Source: a virus
Lineage: Duplodnaviria > Caudoviricetes
IMG/VR virus record: IMGVR_UViG_3300028802_000012
Coordinates: 2,244 to 66,243 of that record
DNA: 64,000 bases
Strand: one strand, 5' to 3'
This document shows positions 1-10,700 of the stretch, piece after piece; the first letter of the stretch is position 1, and every line of letters begins with the position of its first letter. The notes under the pieces were generated by a model. The model ran no database searches, was not told the origin of the DNA, and saw nothing but the letters and a program-made list of their open reading frames with translations. A program made the translations under genes and the position numbers.

Positions 1-3000
1 CTTGCTGATCAGCAGGCCTACGACGATCAGCAGCGGGTCGCCGAGGCCTTTCGGAAGCAGCAGCAGGATCTCGACGAGCTAGAGCGGAATCAGCTTCCTG
101 AAGATCCGCTCCAAGAGCAGCAACAGCGGCAAGCCGAGCAGGCCCAGCAGGATCAGCGCCTAGCTGCTATGCCGGGTTATCAGCTGCCTGGCATGCTGCA
201 GGTTCCAGACGCGCCTGCGCCGCCCGAAGCGGAGGTCCCGACTCCAGGAGAAACACGGGCTGATATCGAGTGGGACACGCAAGATCCGGCAGCCTGGGTC
301 GCGGTTCGTGACCTGGATAGTCAGACCGATCGCTGGATTCCTGTTAGCGAGTTCGATCCGACGCGACAACAGACCATCGACGAGCGGGCGCCAACACTGG
401 GTCCAGCCCCGGCAGGATCTGTTGCGCATCTGCGACGGGTCGGAGATCGGGAATATACGCCGCAGGCGAATCAGCCCGCTGCGCCGCAGGCGGCAGCGGT
501 AAGCAGCCCTCCCGTTCGCGATACCTGGCCGATAGAGCAGCATCAACAGGCAGCGACTGTAAGCAGCCCTCCTGTTCGCGATACCTGGCCGATAGAACAG
601 CATCAACAGCAGGCGGCAGCTGATGCGGCAGCCAAAGCAGCCGCTGATGCGACAGCCGCTGCTGGAGCGCCGACGGAACAGGTCGCGCAAGCGGCAGCCA
701 ACGCAGCAGTCGGAGCTATAGCTCCGGCTCCAGGACGAACGCTGGACGGTCAGACCTTTCAGCAGCAGACTGCCTGGACGAAGATGGCGTTCCAGGCCAG
801 GTACGGGACTGATGCAGCGAACCAGTGGGCCAGGGAACACAACGCTGAGCTGCAGCGGAACCAGCAGGTCTACGGTTCGCGTGAGCCAAGACCAGGGGAT
901 CCATCGAGAGTAGCTGGTATTGGTCCTGCCCCTGATCGACGGATCGGCGTGACACCCCCGCCAGGACCAGGACAGCAGGCGCGATTCGGGGTCAATAGCG
1001 GCATTGCCAGTGCTCCGATTCCGAAACCGGCAGGACCAGCGGCGGTTTCTCCGACGGCAGGTACAGCCGCTACGACGGGGAATGCGCTCGGCGTGGGAGC
1101 CTTGCCGGGTAGACCAGCTCCAGGAGCACCGACGGCACCTTCAGTAGCGACGACTCCGGCAGGCCGTGATCGCTATCCAGAAGAACCGTCGGGTCTTCCT
1201 CCGGCGACGACGCCTTCAGGGTTAGACCCTGGCAGTGATGCGATCTTGCCTCCTGGTGCGAATGTCTGGAAACCGTGGGAGCCTTCTGACTCTGAGAGTG
1301 GGAGAAATACGGCCGTTTCTGGGGACGTACCGCCTGAGCGTCCACTGCCGTCTGCGCCAGCAGCAGCCCCAGCGTCAGCGCCTGTGGCGGCAACTCCGCC
1401 TGTTGCTCAGGGGTCAGAGCTGGAACGACCGGGCGATACCCTGACGCTGCAGGCCAAGCACGATCCTCGGATCACGATGACGACGACCCGCGCCGACTGG
1501 GACCAGACCGACAAAGCCACGCAGAACGAGTGGAACGTCACCAATGCACGCGGCGCGTCGGTGACGGGACCGACGGGGAATTCGCCGTATGACGAGACGC
1601 CGCCGACAGCGGCGCCACCGCGCTCGACGGGTCCAGGCTATGACACGAATCCGATCTTGCCAGGACCAGGAGTGCCAGGACGATCAGGTCCCTTTGCGCC
1701 CCAGTCGACTGCTGCTCCTGTCGGGGCTGGGGCGGTGAGGCCCCTGATCGCGGCGTATTCCTACGATGAAGATGCGGCAAATTTCCAGGCCGTTCCGCGT
1801 CCTGCAGGCGCGCCGCCACGTGGGGTGCCGACCGACCCGTTTGATCTGGTCACCCTGCATGCAGCGCAAGCGCAGAATAGTCCCGACGTCGAAGCGTTCC
1901 GACGGAGCGTCGCCGGGGGACTGGCAGCGGGTGAAGCCTGGGCCGAACCGTATGCCGATAAGCTGGCCGAGCGCGCCTGGTATCAGGAGTCTGGCGGACT
2001 CGAAGGCGGTCCGGAGTACGCCGATCGGGGCTATGTCCAACGCTGGAAGAGTGCTTTCCGGGCAGGGAACATCAACGTCGTCGGTGTCCGGGAGGCGATG
2101 GAAGCCCTGGTCTCGCGCGGCGTTGCTCCTCCTTCGTCGGATCCGTTCAGGGCCGTTGTCGCAGACGCTGCTCGTCAGCAGGGCGCAACGGATCTGCAGG
2201 GCTTCGGACGCAGTGTGGCGGGTGGGATCGCCAAGGGCGAGGCCTGGGCGAAGCCGTACGTCGAGAAGCTGGCACAACTGGCGTGGTACAAGGAATCCGG
2301 TGGTCGAGAAGGAGGCCCCGAGAACGCCCCAGCGACGTATGTGCGAGATTGGACGAATGGGCTGCAGGCGGCTGATCACTCGATTCCTGGGGTCAAAGAA
2401 GTCAATCAGCGTCTGATTGAATTCGGGGCACGAACAACTCCGCCAGGAGGCGCGTTTGATTGGAAGAAGGTGTATGGTCCGACGGGTGAAGGTCTCGGAG
2501 CGAACGGTCCGACGCTGATTTCGCGGCAGTTCACCCAGATCGACTGCGGTCCAAACGCCTTCTCGAACATCATGCGTTCTCAGGGGTACAACGCGGCTCC
2601 CGCTGATGCGTTTACGTTTGCAAAGCAGTATGGGTACCACAGCGGAGAGATGTTCAATGGGCCTCAAGCCTATGTGAATATGCTGCAAAATGAACTGGGT
2701 TTGAAGGCGCAACAAGCTCCTGTAGATTGGAATCGCATCGATCAAGAATTGGCGGAAGGTCGTTTGGTAACGCTGTCGTCTCCTGGTGCGACGGGGCATT
2801 ATTGGACGATCGCGGCAAAAAATGATCAGGGTCAGTATTACACGGGGGCCACCGGAACGTTCGTCGGTGATCCAGCTTGGTCTCGTCCTAATCAGATTAC
2901 CTTCGCGAATAATCCGCCGACCACGATGATCACGTATTCGGGCACGATCGATCCGAACTCGCGCGCGGTGAAGTCGCCGATCCTGAACGTGACGCCGCCG

Positions 3001-4332
3001 AATGTCCAACAGACCCCGCAGCCGACGATGGTGACGGCGCCTGCTGCTGCTGCTTCTTCTTCTGCGGCGGCGCCGCCGACAGGGGCAACCCGACAGGGAC
3101 CGGGACCGGCTCCAGGACGCGAAGCTGCGCCTCAAGTGACAGACGTGTCGCTCCCTGATCAGTTGCCAACCAGAAATCGTGTTGAAAACTTGCGGGCTCT
3201 CCAGCCGGCATTGGAGGCGGCGGCGCGTCGCAGTGGTATTTCCGCCGAATCCTTAGCGGCGATTATTATCGCGGAGAATGGGGCGGGAGATTCTCAGGAT
3301 AATGATCTGGCTCGGGTGGGGAATAACCTGTTTTCGATTCAGGTCAGCGAGCAAGAAGGGCCGTATCAGAACGGTGCGTACGGGGCGGAGAAGCGCTTTG
3401 GAACGTACAAAAACCCGGTCGATTCTATCAATCACTTTTTGACGTTGGTTTCCACCACGCCTCGGTACAAAGAAGCGTGGGATAACCGCGCGGACCCTGA
3501 GAAATTCGTGGCTGGTCTTATGAAGGGCCAGTATATCGTCGATGAAGCAAGGCATCCGGCTGCAAAGTGGCAGCAAGAGATGGCTGATTATCGGGAGCAG
3601 TATCGTCGAGCGACCGGTGGGCGGCAGGGCTTTGAGAATCCTGACATGAACCAGACGATCCGAGCGATGGCTGGTCGGCCGGAGCGATCGGACGATCGTC
3701 GCATGGCACTGATGGGCTCGAATGGCCGTATGGAGAACATGTTCTCTCAGGCAGAAAACCGAGAGACGTATCAAGAACCGAGCGAACGAGCCAATCTCAA
3801 CGATCGCTTTACGGAGCAAGATGTCACGGAGATGCGTCAGCGAATCTTGGACGAAGCTCCCGATATCCGGTTTGATCCAGGGGATGACGTCGAGACTCGT
3901 ATGCAGAAGATGATGCCGGCCCTGGAATGGCTTCAGAAAGAATACGGCTGGAATGCTGAGGCTCTGGCAGGGATGGCCTACAACGAGAGTCGGATCGGGA
4001 CATCGGAGAAGGGCTACGCGGGCAAGGCGAATAATCTCTGGTCGACTACGTATATGCCGTCGGATACGCAGTCTACAGGACCGATTCCTGAAGGTCGCTG
4101 GTCGGCGTATCCGAACGTGAAGTCAGGTTTGGCGCGCTTTGTGGGCATGTACATGCATCCCGACAATGGGTACAAGAATACGCCGCAGTCTCGGAAGGAC
4201 GCAGACTCGTTGATCGAGGGACTGCTCAAGGATAAGTACATCAATCCAAACGAGAGTTCTGTTCCTGAATGGAAGCAAGGCATCAACGAGGGTCGGGCGA
4301 TGTATCGTCGCTTGAAAGGCCGACAACGATGA
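1..4332 (+). CDS. Large internal virion protein with C39-peptidase-like and two GH73/glucosaminidase-like muramidase domains (5' end truncated by the window)
   Basis: Frame is open from base 1 through the tracked ATG at 169. Motifs: QIDCGPNAF...GHYWTI (papain-like C39); IIAENG...NNLFSI...FGTYKNPVDSI and AYNES...NNLWS...AYPNVKSGL (GH73-like). Contains a tandem ~100-aa duplicated domain and Pro/Ala-rich linkers. Confidence 0.7.
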   Translation, partial: LADQQAYDDQQRVAEAFRKQQQDLDELERNQLPEDPLQEQQQRQAEQAQQDQRLAAMPGYQLPGMLQVPDAPAPPEAEVPTPGETRADIEWDTQDPAAWVAVRDLDSQTDRWIPVSEFDPTRQQTIDERAPTLGPAPAGSVAHLRRVGDREYTPQANQPAAPQAAAVSSPPVRDTWPIEQHQQAATVSSPPVRDTWPIEQHQQQAAADAAAKAAADATAAAGAPTEQVAQAAANAAVGAIAPAPGRTLDGQTFQQQTAWTKMAFQARYGTDAANQWAREHNAELQRNQQVYGSREPRPGDPSRVAGIGPAPDRRIGVTPPPGPGQQARFGVNSGIASAPIPKPAGPAAVSPTAGTAATTGNALGVGALPGRPAPGAPTAPSVATTPAGRDRYPEEPSGLPPATTPSGLDPGSDAILPPGANVWKPWEPSDSESGRNTAVSGDVPPERPLPSAPAAAPASAPVAATPPVAQGSELERPGDTLTLQAKHDPRITMTTTRADWDQTDKATQNEWNVTNARGASVTGPTGNSPYDETPPTAAPPRSTGPGYDTNPILPGPGVPGRSGPFAPQSTAAPVGAGAVRPLIAAYSYDEDAANFQAVPRPAGAPPRGVPTDPFDLVTLHAAQAQNSPDVEAFRRSVAGGLAAGEAWAEPYADKLAERAWYQESGGLEGGPEYADRGYVQRWKSAFRAGNINVVGVREAMEALVSRGVAPPSSDPFRAVVADAARQQGATDLQGFGRSVAGGIAKGEAWAKPYVEKLAQLAWYKESGGREGGPENAPATYVRDWTNGLQAADHSIPGVKEVNQRLIEFGARTTPPGGAFDWKKVYGPTGEGLGANGPTLISRQFTQIDCGPNAFSNIMRSQGYNAAPADAFTFAKQYGYHSGEMFNGPQAYVNMLQNELGLKAQQAPVDWNRIDQELAEGRLVTLSSPGATGHYWTIAAKNDQGQYYTGATGTFVGDPAWSRPNQITFANNPPTTMITYSGTIDPNSRAVKSPILNVTPPNVQQTPQPTMVTAPAAAASSSAAAPPTGATRQGPGPAPGREAAPQVTDVSLPDQLPTRNRVENLRALQPALEAAARRSGISAESLAAIIIAENGAGDSQDNDLARVGNNLFSIQVSEQEGPYQNGAYGAEKRFGTYKNPVDSINHFLTLVSTTPRYKEAWDNRADPEKFVAGLMKGQYIVDEARHPAAKWQQEMADYREQYRRATGGRQGFENPDMNQTIRAMAGRPERSDDRRMALMGSNGRMENMFSQAENRETYQEPSERANLNDRFTEQDVTEMRQRILDEAPDIRFDPGDDVETRMQKMMPALEWLQKEYGWNAEALAGMAYNESRIGTSEKGYAGKANNLWSTTYMPSDTQSTGPIPEGRWSAYPNVKSGLARFVGMYMHPDNGYKNTPQSRKDADSLIEGLLKDKYINPNESSVPEWKQGINEGRAMYRRLKGRQR
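487..606 (+). repeat. 60-bp tandem duplication within CDS (VSSPPVRDTWPIEQHQ x2)
   Basis: Two near-identical 60-bp copies at 487-546 and 547-606. Confidence 0.9.
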
Positions 4333-4787
4333 GCGTCGATATGAATGCGCTGATTCGGCTGATCGCTCAGCGTCGCGGCGGGGCGGCAGAACCGCCTGCG
4401 CGCGGTGAGATCCCGACAGCCCGGCCCCTGACAGACGATGCTCCGGCGTATCCCAGCGAAGGCGGCTACAGGAACCCCGATATCGATGTGCTTCCCGCTC
4501 CCGCCCGGGAGTATCCGGAAGAGTATCCACCGAACGACGGGACCGAAGATCCGCTGACGCGGTACGGCCCCGACGAATTCATGCCGATGCGACCGAACCC
4601 TGTTGATCCCTACAGTGGCGGTCCCGGCGGGTACGATAACTACGACGAAAACGCGTATGCTCGGTGGGTGCAAGAGGTCGAAGCACGCGGCAACGAGGTT
4701 CGCGAGACCAGTATCGGCACGTTCGAAGTCGCTGCTGGGACCAACAACATCGTGTCGCGTCCGCCGTCCCCGTATCCTTTGATCTGA
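4329..4787 (+). CDS. Hypothetical acidic/Pro-rich virion-module protein
   Basis: ATG at 4329 overlaps the upstream stop (ATGA coupling). Confidence 0.65.
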   Translation: MSVDMNALIRLIAQRRGGAAEPPARGEIPTARPLTDDAPAYPSEGGYRNPDIDVLPAPAREYPEEYPPNDGTEDPLTRYGPDEFMPMRPNPVDPYSGGPGGYDNYDENAYARWVQEVEARGNEVRETSIGTFEVAAGTNNIVSRPPSPYPLI

Positions 4788-4797
4788 GGATCCTGCG

Positions 4798-7700
4798 ATG
4801 CCGCTGCCGAGACTGCCCGACATCTCGCTGGATTCCTGGATTCGGGATCAGCAGCAGCAGTTTGAGCGCACGATCTCGGGCCTGGCGGAAGCGACCGAGT
4901 TCAAGGACGCGATCTCGGATATCGAGTCGCAGGTCCCGGCTGACTATCCGCATCCTGGCGGCACCGATCAGTGGGCCGACGCGCAGCGCCAGCAGCAAGA
5001 AGAAGAGTACCGGCGTCAGCAGGACGAAGACGAGCGTCGTAAAGCCCAGCAGCAGGCCGACGAGAACCAACGCCAGCTCGATGCCTATCTCAACGAGAAG
5101 ATGCGCTACGAGCAGGAGCAACAGCAGCAAGATGCGCTGACCCAGGCGCAGGGTCAAGCGCAGGATCTGGGCATTCCTTCTCCTGATCAGGCCGCTGCAT
5201 CGTTTCAGCAGATCCAGCCAGGCGACCTTCCACAGCCGGTTCAGGACTTTCACAGCTTCGCTGACCAGATCGAACAGGGTCAGACGCCTGAAGGGCTGCA
5301 GGCCCCGCCGCCGGTCAAACGCGGCGTGCCGAGTCCGTACAGTCTGACGCCGCCTGAAGAACCTTTGCAGGCACCGCCTCCTCTGGAAGAGGCACCGCCA
5401 CCACGACGCGGCGTCCCCAGTCCGTACACCCTTTCACCGCCGCCTGAGCCAGAACGACCCTACTGGACGCCGACGGCGCGCGAAGCAGAAGGCATGGGAC
5501 CGGCTGTCGGTCCTGATTGGCTGCCCGAACCGATCAGGCAAGCTGCCGGCGTCGTCAAGAAAGGTCTGGTGGACGCAGTCCACGCGGCCCCACAGGAAGA
5601 TATCTCCCTACCGACAGGGCGGCAGGTGCATGTTCCGGGGTTTGCCCAGCAGGCTGTCGGGTCGTTCAGTGCGGCGATGGAGCCTGTGCAGGCCGTCGAT
5701 GATTACACCGCCGCGAGGCTGGACCCGGAGACGTGGTACTTCGCGCGGGACGGTATTGCGCGAACGGAGCTTGATCCTGGGGAGTTCGACCGCTGGAATG
5801 AACTGCAAGGTTCTCGCCGGCTTGCACAGGGGACGAAGACAACCTGGACGCCTGAAGAGACGGCCGAAATCCAGCACACGTCGGAGAAGATCGATCGGAT
5901 CTATCAGTCGATCAAGGACGATCCCGACAAGCTCAACGACTATGCGAAAGCCTCGCCAGCGTATGAGATCACCCGAGGGATTACCCATACCGTGCTGGGT
6001 GGGGCGCTCGGCAATGTCGTCGGCGGCGCAGCGGGCAGTGCGGCTCGTGGTCTGGGGGCCGGTCATCGCGCGATCAAAGCCGCCGAGTACGCGGGAGACA
6101 TCGCCGCGCAGACGGCGTTCGACCCGACGACGCCGGCGATCCAGCCTCTGGGTGATCTGGCGCTACGAGGCGTCGGGGCGGGGATTCGCGGGACGCGATC
6201 TCTAGCAGGCCGTGCCGGTGAAGCTCTTGTTCGCTCCGCTGATGACGTTCCTGAGGGGGTTCAGCGTTTAGGTTCAGGGGTAAGTCCTGAAGAATCACGT
6301 CGGTTCTACCACGGGACGGCTGGAGAATTCGGCCGCCCTGATCCTGGGAAGTTCGACGAGGATGGGTTGTTTGGTCCGGGTTATTACCTGACGTCGGATC
6401 CTCGGGTGGCAGGGAGTTATGCAGAGACGCGGGGCGGCCGAATACCCGTCGATAATCCGTATACAACGTGGTCGAAGGAAGCGATTCAGGCTGGGATTGA
6501 TCGAGCATATAAAGAGTTAGAGGATCCTAGTTTAGATTTTGGGACTTCTCGTGACATTATGGATGACCTGGATCTGCTGGAAGCAGCGCGTGATGATCTG
6601 GTATTGCCGTCTCCACGATCAGGTCCGAATGTTCGAGCGATCGATGTTCCAAAGAATTTGAATTTATTGGATCTAGATAAGCCCGTAACTGCTGATCAAG
6701 CGCAGCGCGTGATCGACGCTACTCGAAAGGCAGGGTTTCCTGATTCAGCCGATGAATTGCAGGCGCATATCGATATGAAGCGCGAAGCTATTCGGCGTGA
6801 ATCGACCTACCGACAACCGACGAGTGATCCAAATATCGCATATGACACAGGTCAGGAACTCCATGAAGAGTTAGCGTACCGCTTGAATGAAGACTACCAG
6901 ACAGTGGTCGATACCGATCTGTACAGCGATAAGCCTGGAGCTAATCGCCTGCTGCGCGATGCTGGCTATGATGGAATGGTTCACACCGGGGGTAAGCGCG
7001 TTCCACTGCAGGATGCAGATGGGAAACCCATCGAACATGATGTGACGATCGTCTTTCCCGAGTCGCTGGATAAAATCCGCAACGCGTTCTCAGGAGAAGC
7101 CGGGGGTTCTGGCGTTATCCCGAACTTGCGTCGGCCGCTGTTCAACGCGGCCCAGGGCGCGTTTCTCGGGGCGTCATCCGAAGAGTTACAGGCCCGTGAA
7201 GAGGGTCGAGACGCCGATCCTGCCAGACGACTGCGCAGTGCGGGCATCGGGGCTGGACTGGCGATGCTGGCAGGCTCCCGAGGCGCTCGTCGCGTTGCTG
7301 GGCGAGCGTTGCAGGCGGTTGGATCCGGGGTTGTTCCTGAAGGTGCAGCCCAAGCCGCTCGCAAGGTGCCCGTCGAATTCAAGACAGCTAAAGGCTCGTC
7401 CTATGAACTGCTCCCTGATGGAACCACGATCAGGAACAAGGCCGCGCGGTCTGATCCTGGGCACGAAGGCGACTTTGGGATTAAGCCCCAGAGCGATGCG
7501 ACGTACTTCCTGACTAGCGAGAACTACCCGAAGCTCGGGCTGCCCGAAGGACCTAGCCGGATCGTTGATCACGGCGACGGGACGCTCTCCGTGGCAACGC
7601 AGAATGCGAATGGACGCTGGGGGATCGCGCCGAGTTCTCGAAACGTGCCGTACGAGACGGAACCTGCGGTCGGCCTGCACCCGTTGGAGGTCTGGGGACC

Positions 7701-10700
7701 GCAGAAGGTCAACGGTCTGCCGGCCTATAAAGACGTACATTTTGGGAACGTGATCACCGAGGTCGGTGGAGAGGCTGAGCAGGCGTTGGCTCGTATTCCG
7801 TCCGAGACCACGATGTTGGAGCCGCCGCCCAGGGCCGGTGAAGAAATCGCCAGTTCCGTGGCCGCTGCCGAGAACCGGATCCCTGAGGATCTCGAACAGG
7901 GCTATCTCCCTGGCATGCGGCCCAGAACGCGTCGTCCCAGTGCTGCGCAGCAGGCCGAAGCAACGGTCGATCAGATGCGGGAAGAAGTGCGAGGGCGCTA
8001 TCAGGACGAACGGCGACGGTTTACCGAGAAAGAGATCTGGGCGCTGGCCGCGAAGTTGCGTCGAACGACACCGGAAAAGCTTCAGGAGATTCTCGAAGGC
8101 GCGCAAAACATGCGCGGCGACGAAGCTGCGACGGCTGGGTCGGCTCTTCGACAGGAGGGCGCAGCCCTGGGTGAGGAGACGCGGCTGGTCACTGAGGACT
8201 GGATGCGGGCCACACAGGATCTGAATGATGAGCTTCGACGGCGGGGCATTGACCCGGCAGATCTGCCCGCCCGTCGTGATGCCCTGGCGGGCAAAGATCC
8301 TATTCTCAACGATCTCGCCGATGAAGTCGAAGCGTCAGTGCTGGCCCAAGCAGAGTCGATGGATCGGTTTGAAGCCTGGCAGCGGGGCGACTTGAAGCGA
8401 GGATCGTCTGCCGCGCTCGAACTGCGGATGCGGCAGAAGCCGGTCTCTGCGCGCCGCGCGTATCGGCAGCTGAAGGCGAATCGCTCCTTCTATGAGGACA
8501 TGCAGAATACGGCGAACGAGCTTCTGGCCAAGGGCGACCAGATGTCTGAGGCTGACTGGGAGAAGCTGACGTCGCTCCAAGAGCGGATGGGTCAGAAGGT
8601 CGGTTCGGGCGAGCTACTCGACGAAGTGAGTGGGCGCCGGATTCGTGACATCGAGCGCGAAGGCATTGCGAACGTTCAAGCCGGAAAGAAGCGAGCAGGT
8701 CGCGCACCGAAAGAAGCGCCACCTGAAACGCTGGCGGAACGCTACGGTCGGCTGGCTCGGCGCTTTGACGAATACAACGCCGAGGGCGACACTGACGCCG
8801 CACAAGCGATTCGGTCGATGATGGGCGACACTGTCGACGAGATGAAACTGCAGGCTGATGAGCGAGCGATCAAGATCCTCGATCAGGAACTCCCCGACGC
8901 CAAGACGCCCGAAGAAGGCATGAAGATCATCCAGAAAGCTGTCGGGGATAAGGTCGCCCAGAAGCTCAACAAGGCCGCGCTTGCGGCCGAGGATGTTCGT
9001 GAAGGCCCTGGCGGCGTCGACCTGTCGATGAAGCAGTGGCGCGATCTTCAGAAGCTGCAGCGGGCGTTCCAGAACCGCATCGATCGAGCGTTCAAGGCCG
9101 AGTCGAACGAACAGGTCAGGATCGCCCTGCGCGCCCAGATGTCCAGGGCGCGAGACATGATGAGTCGAGCGATCGATGATCCGACGTTTGCTCCAGCTTT
9201 GCAGGAGTTTCGGGATCGCGTGGCCGAGCTTCGGCAGCAGCCCGGTGTCGGTAAGACGACGGGCGAACGACTGGCCAAAATTCTTGAAGATCAGTTCACG
9301 GATCGAACAGCCGAGAAAGCCTTTACGCAGAGCGCTCAGGACGAGGTTGGTCTGCTGCAGGCCAGGATTCGGGGTATTCGACAGCAGCTGGACGAGGCCA
9401 TCAAAAACAAGGACGCACCGGGAGCCCAGGCGCGGGTCAAAGAACTTCTCCAGGACATGCAGGATGTCGGCGGCGTTGGGAAAGTCGCGGCCGATCGTCA
9501 GCGTGAGCGGTTGATGCGCCAGAATCTTCACGATATTCCGGGTATTGATAAGTCTCAGCTGCGGGACGCGCTTGCGACGATCGACTTGCAGGACCCGAGT
9601 TCTATTCGGGCTGTGCTGGACGCCATGCAGAACCCGACGAAGTGGGATCTGTTTCGTGAGCGACTGTATCAAGCGCGCCTCTCCAACCCCTGGACCTGGC
9701 TGACGAACTTCAGTTCCAATGTGCTGACGGCGGGCGGGCATCTCGGTTTGCAGAACCCTCTTGAACGTCTGTACGGGGGCGAAGCAGCCGGTGGATCTCG
9801 TGCCGCCTGGGAAGAATTCAAAGCTGCACGAGGAGAAGCCGGACAGCGAGCCTGGGATGTCCTGAAGTCGGGTCGGTCGCAGCAGAACCTGGAACAACTC
9901 GCGTCGGGTGACATGGGGGGTCTGCGGCGGGAGTTCACGACCGAGCAGGGCGCTTCGGAGTGGTATCACCGATTGTCGACGCGGCCTCTTGAAGCCGGAG
10001 ACCAGTCGCTGGGCTATATGGTCTACCAGTCCGAGATCGGCAAGCTGGCTCAGCGTCAGGCCGACCGCCTCTTGAAGGCGGGCGATGCGCGCGTCCAGGG
10101 GATGACGCCGCTTGAAGCGCGCAAGTCGATCATGACGGATATCTGGGACCACCCGGAGATTATCGAAGAAGCGCGTAAGATCCGCGATCAGGTGCTGTTG
10201 CGCGAGCACGGGTCTCAGGGCTGGGAACGGGCGCTGCAGCATGTAGCAGCTTGGAGGGATCCAGGTCTGAAACCGGGTATGAAAGACTACGCCCGTGCTG
10301 CCGTGATGGATTTCGTGCTGCCGTTCTTCAACGTCCCGCTGAACTACGCGAGACAGGGCGTGCAGCGATCGCTTGGTGCGCCGTTTTATGCCTACTCTGG
10401 GGCGCAGAAGCTGCGGGCCGGAGATCGGGTCGGAGCAGCTCAGGACTTTGCAAAGGGGACGATCGGCGCAGCGGCGATGACCTCAGCGGCTGCGCTGTAT
10501 TACGGCGACGCGCTGACGGGGGCTGGCCCCGATGATCCTGGGGATCGCGCGATCTGGCTCCGAACGCATCAGCCCTTCTCCTGGAAAGATCCGCTCGGCA
10601 ATTGGCATTCCTATCAAGGCACACCGCTGGCGATTCCGTTCGCGATCGTCGCTGGGGCTGGGGAGGGCTGGGAGAAGCCGGGATCCACTCCGATTGTGGG

